Source: Patescibacteria group bacterium (GTDB lineage Bacteria; Patescibacteriota; Patescibacteriia; Magasanikbacterales; GWA2-37-8). Taken from it: 64,000 nucleotides of DNA. Position 1 is the first letter of the stretch, and every line of letters begins with the position of its first letter. Positions 25,396-33,535 of this stretch are shown piece after piece. The stretch lies in contig JBAZKA010000002.1 of assembly GCA_041651015.1 (NCBI GenBank), positions 70,163-134,162 of the forward strand, read 5' to 3'. The notes beneath the pieces are model-generated. The model was given only the letters and a program-made list of their open reading frames with translations. It was not told where the DNA came from and did not search any database. A program made the translations under genes and the position numbers.

Positions 25396-25458
25396 CTCAG
25401 TTGGTAGAGCGCCTGGTTTGGGACCAGGAGGTCGCAGGTTCAAGTCCTGTTGCCCCGA
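25386..25458 (+). tRNA. tRNA-Pro (anticodon TGG)
   Basis: Cloverleaf CGGGGTA / GCTC-AGTTGGTA-GAGC / CCTGG-TTTGGGA-CCAGG / GCAGG-TTCAAGT-CCTGT / TGCCCCG-A. Its 5' end overlaps the preceding ORF's stop by 10 nt. Confidence 0.85.
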
Positions 25459-25492
25459 CAAATATAATCGGAGGTCGTCCGCCCAGGGCGGA

Positions 25493-25503
25493 TTGCCCCG
25501 ACA
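25493..25503 (+). repeat. 11-nt duplicate of the tRNA-Pro 3' end (TTGCCCCGACA), after a hairpin
   Basis: Identical to 25450-25460. The hairpin tccgccc-a-gggcgga (25478-25492) lies between the two copies. Confidence 0.5.
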
Positions 25504-25515
25504 ATCATATTTTTC

Positions 25516-26043
25516 ATGCTTACCCAAGAACAAGAAAAATGGGTTAGTCATTTGAGCGATACAAAGAAAGTGTCGGTTGTTACTTTTGATCCAACGTGCG
25601 AAGAAAAATTTTTGATAATAAAAAATGAATTGCAAAAATTGCTCGGTAATAGTCAGGCGATAGAACATCGCGGGGCGAGTGCTTTAAAAATTTCCGGCCA
25701 GGACGAAATAGACGTGTATGTGCCCGTCTCGCCAGAAGAATATGGTGCAACCGTTGAGATTATAAAAAGTAAATATGGAGAATCGAACAGTAATTATTCG
25801 TTAAAACGAACGCATTTTATCACGGAAATTGAGGGGAAACATGTAGATATTTTTGTGGTAAATAAAAACGATTCGGACTGGATTGATAGTGAATTATTTT
25901 ATAATTATTTATTGACACATCCGGACATACTGGGAAATTATAAAAAACTGAAAGAAAATGCTTCGGGAAAAAGTTTGCGGGAGTATTATAAAGGAAAAAT
26001 TGAGTTTATAAATTTGATTATACGCTCAGCGAAGATTCAATAG
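25516..26043 (+). CDS. GrpB/UPF0157-family nucleotidyltransferase-fold protein
   Basis: HRGASA...GQDEIDVYVPV resembles the nucleotidyltransferase core of the GrpB family. Confidence 0.55.
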   Translation: MLTQEQEKWVSHLSDTKKVSVVTFDPTCEEKFLIIKNELQKLLGNSQAIEHRGASALKISGQDEIDVYVPVSPEEYGATVEIIKSKYGESNSNYSLKRTHFITEIEGKHVDIFVVNKNDSDWIDSELFYNYLLTHPDILGNYKKLKENASGKSLREYYKGKIEFINLIIRSAKIQ

Positions 26044-26120
26044 CAAGTCGCGTTACATGCTTCACCTTTTTTCATTTTTCCTGTAAAATACCTATTAGGA
26101 TAATTTTATAATACAAATAT

Positions 26121-27068
26121 ATGGAAAACACGCCTCAAGTGGAAAAAGTGTCGCCGAAACACGTTTTTCTGCATTTATTTGTCATCGTTTTGCTTTATTA
26201 CACGACAATAAACTTTTTGGTTTTGATTTTTCAATGCATTAATCATTGGTTTCCAGACGCTTTAACGCAAATCAATTATTATCAGGCGGCCGCAAGTTCA
26301 GAAATGATTAGGTTTGCTTTGGCCTCGCTGATTATTGTGTTTCCGGTTTTTATGATCGCCTCAAAGTTGTTGCGAAAAAGTTATATTACAAGTCCGGCCA
26401 TCCGGGACATGCGAACGCGTAAATGGTTATTGTATTTTACTTTGTTTGTCGCGGCCTTGGTTATGATCGGCGACATGGTCGGCGTGATTTTGACATATTT
26501 GAATGGAGAAATAACCACGCGATTTGTATTTAAAGCGGCGGCCGTGCTGGTGTCCGCCGGAGCGATATTCTTTTATTATTTGCGGGACTTGAAACAAGAA
26601 ATAATGACGCGCTCAACTAAAATTTTTATTTGGTGCGTGATTGTAGTGGTCGCGGGCGCGGTGGTCGCGGGTTTTTTTGCCGCCGGTTCGCCCAAGACGG
26701 CGCGCATGATTCGTTTTGATGCTGATCGAATTTCCGATTTGGCTTCGGCTCAGTCGCAAATTGTTAATTATTGGCAAACCAAAGAACATTTGCCAAATAC
26801 CTTTGCTGATTTAAATGATGACATTAAGGGTTATTCAGTACCGGCCGATCCTGAGACCAGCGCGGCTTATGAATATTATTTAACAGGCACGACTTCGTTC
26901 AAATTGTGCGCCACATTTGATTTGGTAAGCGACGATGAGGTAAAGCAGTCTTCCGCTGTCTACTATTATGGCAGTGACATGGATAATTGGAAACACGATG
27001 TCGGATATTATTGTTTTGAACGGACAATTGACACAGAATTTTATCCGTTTATTTCCGAGAAAAAATAA
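26121..27068 (+). CDS. DUF5671-like membrane protein
   Basis: Five or six TM helices followed by a soluble C-terminal domain (RFDADRISDL..Q..I..YW), as in CPR-abundant DUF5671 proteins. Confidence 0.45.
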   Translation: MENTPQVEKVSPKHVFLHLFVIVLLYYTTINFLVLIFQCINHWFPDALTQINYYQAAASSEMIRFALASLIIVFPVFMIASKLLRKSYITSPAIRDMRTRKWLLYFTLFVAALVMIGDMVGVILTYLNGEITTRFVFKAAAVLVSAGAIFFYYLRDLKQEIMTRSTKIFIWCVIVVVAGAVVAGFFAAGSPKTARMIRFDADRISDLASAQSQIVNYWQTKEHLPNTFADLNDDIKGYSVPADPETSAAYEYYLTGTTSFKLCATFDLVSDDEVKQSSAVYYYGSDMDNWKHDVGYYCFERTIDTEFYPFISEKK

Positions 27069-27079
27069 TTATATTTTTT

Positions 27080-27535
27080 ATGTCGCATTTTGATTTATAT
27101 GCCGTTGTGCCACAATTAATATTTGTCGCGCAAATTATTCTCGCCATCGCGCTCGGCGCTTTGGTTGGATGGCAACGCGAAAAAAGCGGCAAGGCGGCCG
27201 GGGGCCGAACGTTTGGCATCGTTAGCGCCGGTTCATGCCTGTTCACAATTTTATCCATGCATGCGTTTACTAACGCTGACCCGTCCAGAGTGGCGGCGCA
27301 AATTGTCGTCGGTATTGGTTTCCTCGGCGCGGGCGCGATTTTACATCGCGAAAAAAATATTTACGGTTTGACCACGGCGGCCGGTCTTTGGATCAGCGCG
27401 GCCATTGGTATGGCGGTCGGCGCCGGGTTTTATGTGGTGGCGATTTTGTCTTCGTTTATTATGCTCGGAGTACTGATGGTCAATGAAAAAAGCATTTTTA
27501 AGTCAGACCGGAACAACGACCGGATTGATGAGTAA
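27080..27535 (+). CDS. mgtC: MgtC/SapB family membrane protein
   Basis: GALVGWQRE...G..AGGRTFGIV..GSCLF is the MgtC N-terminal signature. Confidence 0.75.
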   Translation: MSHFDLYAVVPQLIFVAQIILAIALGALVGWQREKSGKAAGGRTFGIVSAGSCLFTILSMHAFTNADPSRVAAQIVVGIGFLGAGAILHREKNIYGLTTAAGLWISAAIGMAVGAGFYVVAILSSFIMLGVLMVNEKSIFKSDRNNDRIDE

Positions 27536-27544
27536 AAATATAAA

Positions 27545-27578
27545 TAAAAAATCTCGGCTAGTCGCCGAGATTTTTTTG
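27545..27578. terminator. bidirectional rho-independent terminator
   Basis: tctcggc-tagtc-gccgaga flanked by an A7 run upstream and a T7 run downstream. Confidence 0.75.
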
Positions 27579-27586
27579 TTAGTCTG

Positions 27587-28846
27587 TTACTTAGTTTTTT
27601 CAATTAAATTATTTTTCGCCATTACAATCATTCCGACCAAAACCCAAAACATCATGGCCAAATCGTTTTTAAAATATGGCACGTCCACCAAGCCGTGGAC
27701 AAGGAAGGCGACGAGCGCGCCGAGAATCGCCGCGCCGAGGAGTTTGTCTTTTTGATAAATTTTTATACCGCAATAAATTAAATAACCGTACACGCCAAAG
27801 ATAGCCACCATGCCGGTTAGTCCGGTTTCCAGCCAAAAATTCAAAAAGATATTGTGCGGATAAATTAAGCGTTCCATTTCTTCAACATTATAATGCGGTC
27901 TTTGTACTTCGTTGAAAAACATGCGCAGGCCCGAGCCGAGGACAAAATGCTTTGGCGAGGCGGTCAGGTATTGCATAGAATATGTCCAAAGCGTCAGGCG
28001 GTTTTGCCCGGCTTGGTCTTGGAAAGTAAAGGCCGAACGCAAGCTTGGCACCAGCGCCACGCCGAATATTATCATGACGATGACTGTTGCGGCGAGTTGT
28101 CGTTTGCCGGTCAAGAAGACATATACGAGCAAACCGCCCATAAACGCGGCCCAAGCGCCCTGTGAAAATGAAGCGAGGATGGCTATCGCGCCTAAAATAA
28201 AGATACCAGCTCGGCACAGATCGCCGTGTTCTGATTTTTTTTCTGCTAGTCGCCTGATGGCCGGAGCTAAAAGTAAGATTATCGGCACGAGAAATAAACC
28301 AATGGCGTTCGGCGTGGTAAAAAACGAAGTTGGCCGGCCGAAAAGCTGGTCATCCCACAAACTCGGCGGAAACGGTCCGCCGAAAACCATTTGAATAATC
28401 GCGAGCCCGGAAATACTAACTGTGGCAATAGCCAACGAATCGCGCAAAAATTTATAATCAATTTGCCGTGCGACGATAATGACAAATATAATGATCGGTT
28501 CCAAAAAATACGCCCGCCAAAGTCCTAGGGCTTTGAGCAGATTTGGGTTGGTGAGAGCGGCGAGAAATGTACCAGCGAGGAAGAGCGCGGTTAAAATAAA
28601 AATTAATTTATTTTTTTTGGCTAGTTCTTTTAACTTTGGCCAATCAGCATGCGCGTATTTAACAAGCCAGAGAAGCGCGATGGCGCCAAAGGCCATTTCC
28701 AGTGCGGTGGTTGGTAATGGGCCGATGTTGCCGCGAAGCAGGTATGTCGGCAAAGCGACTATCAAAAGGCCGATAGATAAACGAAAATTTACCGCGGCCA
28801 GACAGGAAAAGAGAAGAAAAATTCCGATTAAGAAAAGATTTGGCAT
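27587..28846 (-). CDS. O-antigen ligase / Wzy_C family polymerase-like membrane protein
   Basis: Polytopic membrane protein with a loop containing HNIFLNFWLETGLTGM, which is the Wzy_C motif pattern. Confidence 0.65.
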   Translation of the reverse strand: MPNLFLIGIFLLFSCLAAVNFRLSIGLLIVALPTYLLRGNIGPLPTTALEMAFGAIALLWLVKYAHADWPKLKELAKKNKLIFILTALFLAGTFLAALTNPNLLKALGLWRAYFLEPIIIFVIIVARQIDYKFLRDSLAIATVSISGLAIIQMVFGGPFPPSLWDDQLFGRPTSFFTTPNAIGLFLVPIILLLAPAIRRLAEKKSEHGDLCRAGIFILGAIAILASFSQGAWAAFMGGLLVYVFLTGKRQLAATVIVMIIFGVALVPSLRSAFTFQDQAGQNRLTLWTYSMQYLTASPKHFVLGSGLRMFFNEVQRPHYNVEEMERLIYPHNIFLNFWLETGLTGMVAIFGVYGYLIYCGIKIYQKDKLLGAAILGALVAFLVHGLVDVPYFKNDLAMMFWVLVGMIVMAKNNLIEKTK

Positions 28847-28993
28847 ACCCCGTAGAAGAATTTTGAATTAATGTGAATTATAAGTATTTTGTATTTATTA
28901 AAATGATATTATGAACCGCTTTGCCACAGCCTGACAAGTATTTTTTATTTTGCCTTAAAGGCAAAATATTTCAAAATTTCTCTACGGGGCATG

Positions 28994-29602
28994 TTATTTT
29001 TTTACTTCAGGCGCGTGCTCGCCGAGACGCCAATGAGTAAATTCGTGTTTAAAAATCACGATAATAAATGACGCGCCGATTAATGAAAGACACCCGACTG
29101 TGATAAATAAAAATTTGAAAGAAAAAGCCTCGGCCAGAGTGGCGCCGAGAAAAGCGGAGGCGGCTGTGCCAAAACTGATTATGGTGTTGTAAACACTCCA
29201 CTCATAGCCGGCTTTTTCCTGCCGGCTGTAGCGTGAGTAAATCACCACCCAACCGGGAAAGGCGCAGGCCGAGCCAAAACCGTAAATAAATTGGATGAGG
29301 TAAATATGCCAAACATCGGTGGAAAAAATAAAACAAAACGGCGCAATGCTCATCAGAAGCGAGCCGACAAACAAAGCGAATAATTCACGGCGGTTGCCGG
29401 CTTCGGCATCGGTCCATTTGGCGATGGCAATTTGAAAAAATCCTTTGGCTAAAAGTTGGACGGCCGTGGCAATACCGATGGTCGTAATGCTCGCGCCGTT
29501 GATTTCATTCAACATAAAGATGGCGAAGATCGGTTGGATCAAACCAAAACCGCCTAGTAAAAATAGGTCGGACAAAATTAGGGCGCGCAAAACTTTGTGC
29601 AT
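28994..29602 (-). CDS. MFS transporter, C-terminal six-TM half only (possibly truncated)
   Basis: Six TM helices with the MFS motif-A-like loop TDAEAGNRREL. No N-terminal half is present upstream, only an intergenic promoter region. Confidence 0.5.
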   Translation of the reverse strand: MHKVLRALILSDLFLLGGFGLIQPIFAIFMLNEINGASITTIGIATAVQLLAKGFFQIAIAKWTDAEAGNRRELFALFVGSLLMSIAPFCFIFSTDVWHIYLIQFIYGFGSACAFPGWVVIYSRYSRQEKAGYEWSVYNTIISFGTAASAFLGATLAEAFSFKFLFITVGCLSLIGASFIIVIFKHEFTHWRLGEHAPEVKK

Positions 29603-29666
29603 ATATATTTGTTATATGACAAATATATATTATCATTTATAAAGTAAATAATCAAAAATTTTAGAG

Positions 29667-29688
29667 TTATCCACATAAATATTTGACA
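29667..29688 (+). promoter_or_regulatory. DnaA box next to a -35 element
   Basis: TTATCCACA (29667-29675) followed by TTGACA (29683-29688). A 10-bp palindrome atatatttgt/acaaatatat lies at about 29610-29640. Confidence 0.35.
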
Positions 29689-29829
29689 GACAGTTACGGA
29701 AATTGTATTCTTTTTTATACGCAATCACTCCCAAATAAAAGAGAGGAGGAAAAAGAAGGGTCTTTTAATTGTGGGAGTTTTTTTGTTCTTTGAGAAACGA
29801 TGCTGACAACCAACAGAAGAAGGTGCAAA

Positions 29830-30234
29830 ATGGAACGAGTTGGAAAGATGAAGTTCTTCGCGACCGCAGTGCTTCTCGTCTCGATGTGGTGCCTCTGTAA
29901 ATCGGCGGAGGCTGGCAGTTGGAGCGCGTGGTCTGAAGTAACCATCGTGGCTAATGGCTCGCATACGGTGTACTTCATCCCGGGCGTAGAAGGGACCCAC
30001 AAGATTCAATTCCTCAACGACCAACCCACCTATCAGGGAGGGGAGATGGAATCGTATTGGGGCAGCTCTGATAATGTGGGTACGTGGTATTGGTGGGCTA
30101 CCAGTGACGTGTTCTATTATACTAGGACACAGACACTGGAAAGCGGGAGCGACGATATTATTTATAAATTTGTATTTTATAATATCAATAATTTTTCTGT
30201 TGTTTTCAACTATCGTTTCTATACGGACGACTAA
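29830..30234 (+). CDS. secreted aromatic-rich hypothetical protein (GC-rich)
   Basis: Signal peptide MERVGKMKFFATAVLLVSMWCLCKSAEA, then a W/Y-rich mature region. A GAAGAAGG SD precedes the start. Confidence 0.5.
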   Translation: MERVGKMKFFATAVLLVSMWCLCKSAEAGSWSAWSEVTIVANGSHTVYFIPGVEGTHKIQFLNDQPTYQGGEMESYWGSSDNVGTWYWWATSDVFYYTRTQTLESGSDDIIYKFVFYNINNFSVVFNYRFYTDD

Positions 30235-30260
30235 TCCTTAGAAAGAATTAGTCGCTCGAC

Positions 30261-30294
30261 GACGTTAACCCTGCGTTTTCGCAGGGTTAACGTC
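30261..30294. repeat. perfect 15-bp inverted repeat hairpin
   Basis: gacgttaaccctgcg-tttt-cgcagggttaacgtc, with no U tract after it. Confidence 0.6.
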
Positions 30295-30326
30295 ACCCCT
30301 AATAATATATTATTTATATAATATTT

Positions 30327-30740
30327 ATGAACACAAAAAACAAATTCACACTATTGTTGATTCTAAGTTCCTTGATTGTTTTAGGCACGAATTTATATTA
30401 TAATTTTGCCGACCTTATTATTTCTGACGGAAGATGGAAAACAATTGTTTCCGTTACTGGACTATTCGTAATCGTATATTTAATTTTGTTTGGTCTGGTA
30501 AGTAAAAAGTTTTTAGCCGAAAGAAATTATTATTTTATGATTGTGTTTAGTATTATATTATCAATATTTTTTCTAACATTACAACCGGCAATATCCCGCG
30601 CGTTTCAAGATAATCGAGCGTTTTATGTGGCGGGATATGTTTTAACCGCACCGTATTTAATAGTATTGGGAATCGGGATTGTTGCATATATCACATTAGT
30701 GCTTTTTATAGAAAGATTAAGAGTAAAGAATAAGGTTTAA
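30327..30740 (+). CDS. small four-TM membrane protein, hypothetical
   Basis: 137 aa, very AT-rich. Four hydrophobic segments. Confidence 0.45.
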   Translation: MNTKNKFTLLLILSSLIVLGTNLYYNFADLIISDGRWKTIVSVTGLFVIVYLILFGLVSKKFLAERNYYFMIVFSIILSIFFLTLQPAISRAFQDNRAFYVAGYVLTAPYLIVLGIGIVAYITLVLFIERLRVKNKV

Positions 30741-30765
30741 GTAGATTTGCATAAATAAATTAGCA

Positions 30766-30795
30766 ACACACGGAATTACTCCGTGTGTATTTATT
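30766..30795 (+). terminator. rho-independent terminator
   Basis: acacacgg-aattact-ccgtgtgt followed by ATTTATT. Confidence 0.6.
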
Positions 30796-30846
30796 AAATC
30801 TCTATAATAATTAAATTTTGTGCTATAATATCAAAAACCAGTATCA

Positions 30847-31641
30847 ATGTCCAATATGACACATGCAAAAATCGGTTTGGCGCTCGGTTCTGGCGCGGCG
30901 CGCGGCCTCGCCCATATCGGCGTGCTAAAAGTTTTGGAACGCAACAATATTCCGATTGATTATATTTCCGGCGCATCTATCGGCGCCGTGGTCGGCGCGC
31001 TTTATGCCGCGACGCGCAATGTCGCGGAGATGGAAAAAGTCGTCACTGAGGCGGATTGGAAATTATTTCTGTCGTTAATTGATCCGACTGTGGTAAACGG
31101 CATGATTAAAGGTGAAAAAATTAAAAAATTTTTGCGCCGCTTTGTTGGTGATATGACTTTTGCGGATTTGAAAATTCCTCTCGCGGTCGTGGCCACGGAT
31201 TTACAGACCGGAGAGCCGGTTATTTTGGACAAAGGCGATGTGGTTGACGCGATTATGGCTTCCAGCACCGTGCCTTTGGTCTTTCAACCGGTAAAAATGA
31301 ACGATCATATTTTAGTGGATGGCGGGTTGTCGCATCCAGTGCCGACGCAGATTTTGCGCGAACGCGGGATGAAAAAAGTTATTGCCGTGAATTTGGACGC
31401 GGATTTTTTTACCAAGAAAAAAGTGGATTTGTCGCCCGGAGCCATGGCCATGCAAATGATTACGTTGATGCGGTATCATCTGGCGGAATACGATGCCGCA
31501 CTCGCCGATGTGGTTATCGCGCCCGAGGTTGGCGGCATATTTGGCACGCGGTTTAACGCCGGACCGCCGGTGATTGACATGGGTGAAAAAGCGGCGCAGA
31601 AAGTTTTACCGCAAATAAAAAAATTGGCGGCTAGAAATTAA
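30847..31641 (+). CDS. patatin-like phospholipase (RssA-like)
   Basis: GLALGSGAARGLAHIGVL, GASIGA (GxSxG nucleophile) and DGG (catalytic Asp). A TGTGCTATAAT promoter lies at about 30819-30829. Confidence 0.85.
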   Translation: MSNMTHAKIGLALGSGAARGLAHIGVLKVLERNNIPIDYISGASIGAVVGALYAATRNVAEMEKVVTEADWKLFLSLIDPTVVNGMIKGEKIKKFLRRFVGDMTFADLKIPLAVVATDLQTGEPVILDKGDVVDAIMASSTVPLVFQPVKMNDHILVDGGLSHPVPTQILRERGMKKVIAVNLDADFFTKKKVDLSPGAMAMQMITLMRYHLAEYDAALADVVIAPEVGGIFGTRFNAGPPVIDMGEKAAQKVLPQIKKLAARN

Positions 31642-31643
31642 TT

Positions 31644-32210
31644 CTACAGCAGATGGCGGCTCGCCTCGCGGAGAGCCGTTTTTCTTTTTTTGTAATCTGG
31701 AATCGTTTTGGCGACTATTGCCCAAAAACGGGAAGAGTGGTTCATTTCTTGCAAGTGGCAAAGTTCGTGCACGATTAAATAATCCAAGAGTGATACGGGT
31801 AGATATACCAAGCGGAAATTAAAGCTCAAGTTGCCGTGTCCTGAACACGAACCCCAGCGCGTGGTTTGATTGCGGATATATATTTTTTGCGGGCGAAGAT
31901 TATAAATTTCGCCGAAGTGACGAATTTTCTCGCGGACAATTTTTAAGGCGAGAAGTTTGTTTTTATGAAAATCATTTTTGGAAATGGTTTTTTTATTCGC
32001 GTTTTCAGGCTTGCATTTGGCAAGTGTATTTAATATCCATTCGGATTTATCCAATACAAATTGTTTGATATATTTTTGCGTCACAAATCTCGGCGCGCTC
32101 ACTACCACTCGGCCGTCCGCGTGGATTAAAATTCTCACCCGCCGTGATAGGCGATTTTTTTTGATAGTAAAGTCAATGATTTTACCGTTGAGGGTGATTT
32201 GATGGGGCAT
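31644..32210 (-). CDS. YgjP/DUF45-family (M48-like) metal-dependent hydrolase
   Basis: HELCHLQEMNHSSRFW motif. Confidence 0.7.
   Translation of the reverse strand: MPHQITLNGKIIDFTIKKNRLSRRVRILIHADGRVVVSAPRFVTQKYIKQFVLDKSEWILNTLAKCKPENANKKTISKNDFHKNKLLALKIVREKIRHFGEIYNLRPQKIYIRNQTTRWGSCSGHGNLSFNFRLVYLPVSLLDYLIVHELCHLQEMNHSSRFWAIVAKTIPDYKKRKTALREASRHLL
31664..31700 (+). terminator. terminator after the patatin gene (overlaps the 3' end of the convergent gene)
   Basis: cggctc-gcctcgcgga-gagccg followed by TTTTTCTTTTTTT. Confidence 0.55.
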
Positions 32211-32290
32211 ATCTGGTTAATTTTAACAGATAAACCGATGGATGGGTAGGGTTGATTTTTTTTCGCATTTATGCTATTATACGCCTCATT

Positions 32291-32377
32291 GGAAGGGTGG
32301 CTGAGCGGTCGAAAGCGACAGTCTTGAAAACTGTTGTCCATGAAAGTGGACCGTGGGTTCGAATCCCACCCCTTCCG
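32291..32377 (+). tRNA. tRNA-Ser (anticodon TGA), long variable arm
   Basis: Cloverleaf GGAAGGG / TGGCTGAGCGGTCGAAAGCG / ACAGT-CTTGAAA-ACTGT / long variable arm / GTGGG-TTCGAAT-CCCAC / CCCTTCC-G. Confidence 0.85.
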
Positions 32378-32380
32378 CAT

Positions 32381-32412
32381 AATTTATTTACGCCATATGG
32401 CGTAAATAAATT
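32381..32412. repeat. perfect 15-bp-arm palindrome hairpin after tRNA-Ser
   Basis: aatttatttacgcca-ta-tggcgtaaataaatt. Confidence 0.6.
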
Positions 32413-32464
32413 ATTGTGAATGTGGGATGAGAAGTTCATGCCCCGAGAGCGAAGCGAAGGGGTA

Positions 32465-32481
32465 AATCCCACCCCTTCCGC
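32465..32481 (+). repeat. 17-nt duplicate of the tRNA-Ser(TGA) 3' end (AATCCCACCCCTTCCGC)
   Basis: Identical to 32362-32378. The preceding GAAGGGG can pair with its CCCCTTC, giving a minihelix-like hairpin. Confidence 0.5.
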
Positions 32482-32494
32482 TTATTCAACATCT

Positions 32495-32580
32495 GGAGAG
32501 ATGGCTGAGCGGTTGAAGGCACCGGTTTCGAAAACCGGCGTACTCAAAAGGTACCGTGGGTTCAAATCCCACTCTCTCCG
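32495..32580 (+). tRNA. tRNA-Ser (anticodon CGA), long variable arm
   Basis: Cloverleaf GGAGAGA / TGGCTGAGCGGTTGAAGGC / ACCGG-TTTCGAAA-ACCGG / long variable arm / GTGGG-TTCAAAT-CCCAC / TCTCTCC-G. Confidence 0.85.
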
Positions 32581-32584
32581 CACA

Positions 32585-32621
32585 ATAAAAAAATCACCCC
32601 GCGCCATGGAGTGATTTTTAA
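32585..32621. terminator. bidirectional terminator
   Basis: aaatcac-N13-gtgattt flanked by an A7 run upstream and TTTTA downstream. Confidence 0.6.
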
Positions 32622-32628
32622 TCTCAAT

Positions 32629-33378
32629 TTATTTTTCCGGACTGATTTTATCAAACGCCCTCAATACTTCAAGCGGTAAAGCGAAGACAATCGTATTGGA
32701 TTGGTCTGACGAAACGTCGTTGATGGTGTTGAGTGTGCGCAAGTGAAGGGCGCCAGGTGCGGCCGATAAAATTTTGGCAGCCTCGGCCAGTTTGGTGGAG
32801 GCGATAAGCTCGCCTTCGGCGTTAATAATCACCGCGCGTTTTTCACGCTCTGCTTCGGCTTGCTTGGCAATAGTGCGTTGCATATCATCGGGCAAGATTA
32901 TATCTTTCAATTCCACGGTTTCCACGAGTACACCCCATTTATCCGTCATGCCTTCCACAATTTCTTTAATTCTGTCCGCGGCCGCATCGCGATTGGCCAA
33001 AAGTCCGTCTAGCTCCAATTCGCCAACTACATTGCGCATGGTGGTTTGCGCCAACTGCGAGACAGCGTATTGAAAATTTTCCACTTCCAATATCGCTTTG
33101 GACGAATTTACTACTTTGTAATAAATAACGGCATTGATCTTTGCGGATACATTATCTCGGGTGATGGCTTCTTGAAGCGGGACATCAACGGCTTTGGTGC
33201 GAATATCCACTTTGGTCAGGCTTTGGATGATCGGAAAGACCAGATGCCAGCCCGGTTCCAAAGATTTGTAATATTTGCCGAGAAAGAATTTTACACCCCT
33301 CTGATATTGCTCCACTTGGCGGATTGACCGCAAGACCAGCAATAAAATTAGGAATAGCAGTACGTATATAAATTGCAT
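32629..33378 (-). CDS. SPFH/band-7 (stomatin-prohibitin-like) membrane protein
   Basis: N-terminal TM segment, an SPFH core, and a C-terminal Ala/Glu-rich coiled coil (QRTIAKQAEAEREKRAVIINAEGE). Confidence 0.85.
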   Translation of the reverse strand: MQFIYVLLFLILLLVLRSIRQVEQYQRGVKFFLGKYYKSLEPGWHLVFPIIQSLTKVDIRTKAVDVPLQEAITRDNVSAKINAVIYYKVVNSSKAILEVENFQYAVSQLAQTTMRNVVGELELDGLLANRDAAADRIKEIVEGMTDKWGVLVETVELKDIILPDDMQRTIAKQAEAEREKRAVIINAEGELIASTKLAEAAKILSAAPGALHLRTLNTINDVSSDQSNTIVFALPLEVLRAFDKISPEK

Positions 33379-33496
33379 ATGTTTGCATTTATTGGCTTAA
33401 GCGCCATTGGTTTTATTTTACACCGTTTAGTATATTTGACAACCCCGCCATCATATTGGGCATAAAATAGGAATTTGTGCTATAATATATTAAGAA

Positions 33497-33525
33497 GCCC
33501 CGAGAGGCACGGGAGCTTTTTTTAT
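33497..33525 (+). promoter_or_regulatory. leader hairpin plus T-run immediately after the potD-like promoter (possible attenuator)
   Basis: A TGTGCTATAAT -10 at 33471-33486, then cccg-agaggca-cggg and AGCTTTTTTTATTT before the ATG. Confidence 0.35.
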
Positions 33526-33535
33526 TTGAAAATAT

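Noticed and set aside
29715-30024. 95-99-aa minus-strand ORFs
   Set aside because: They are antisense to the SD-led secreted-protein gene, and their translations are Arg/Pro-rich and look out of frame.
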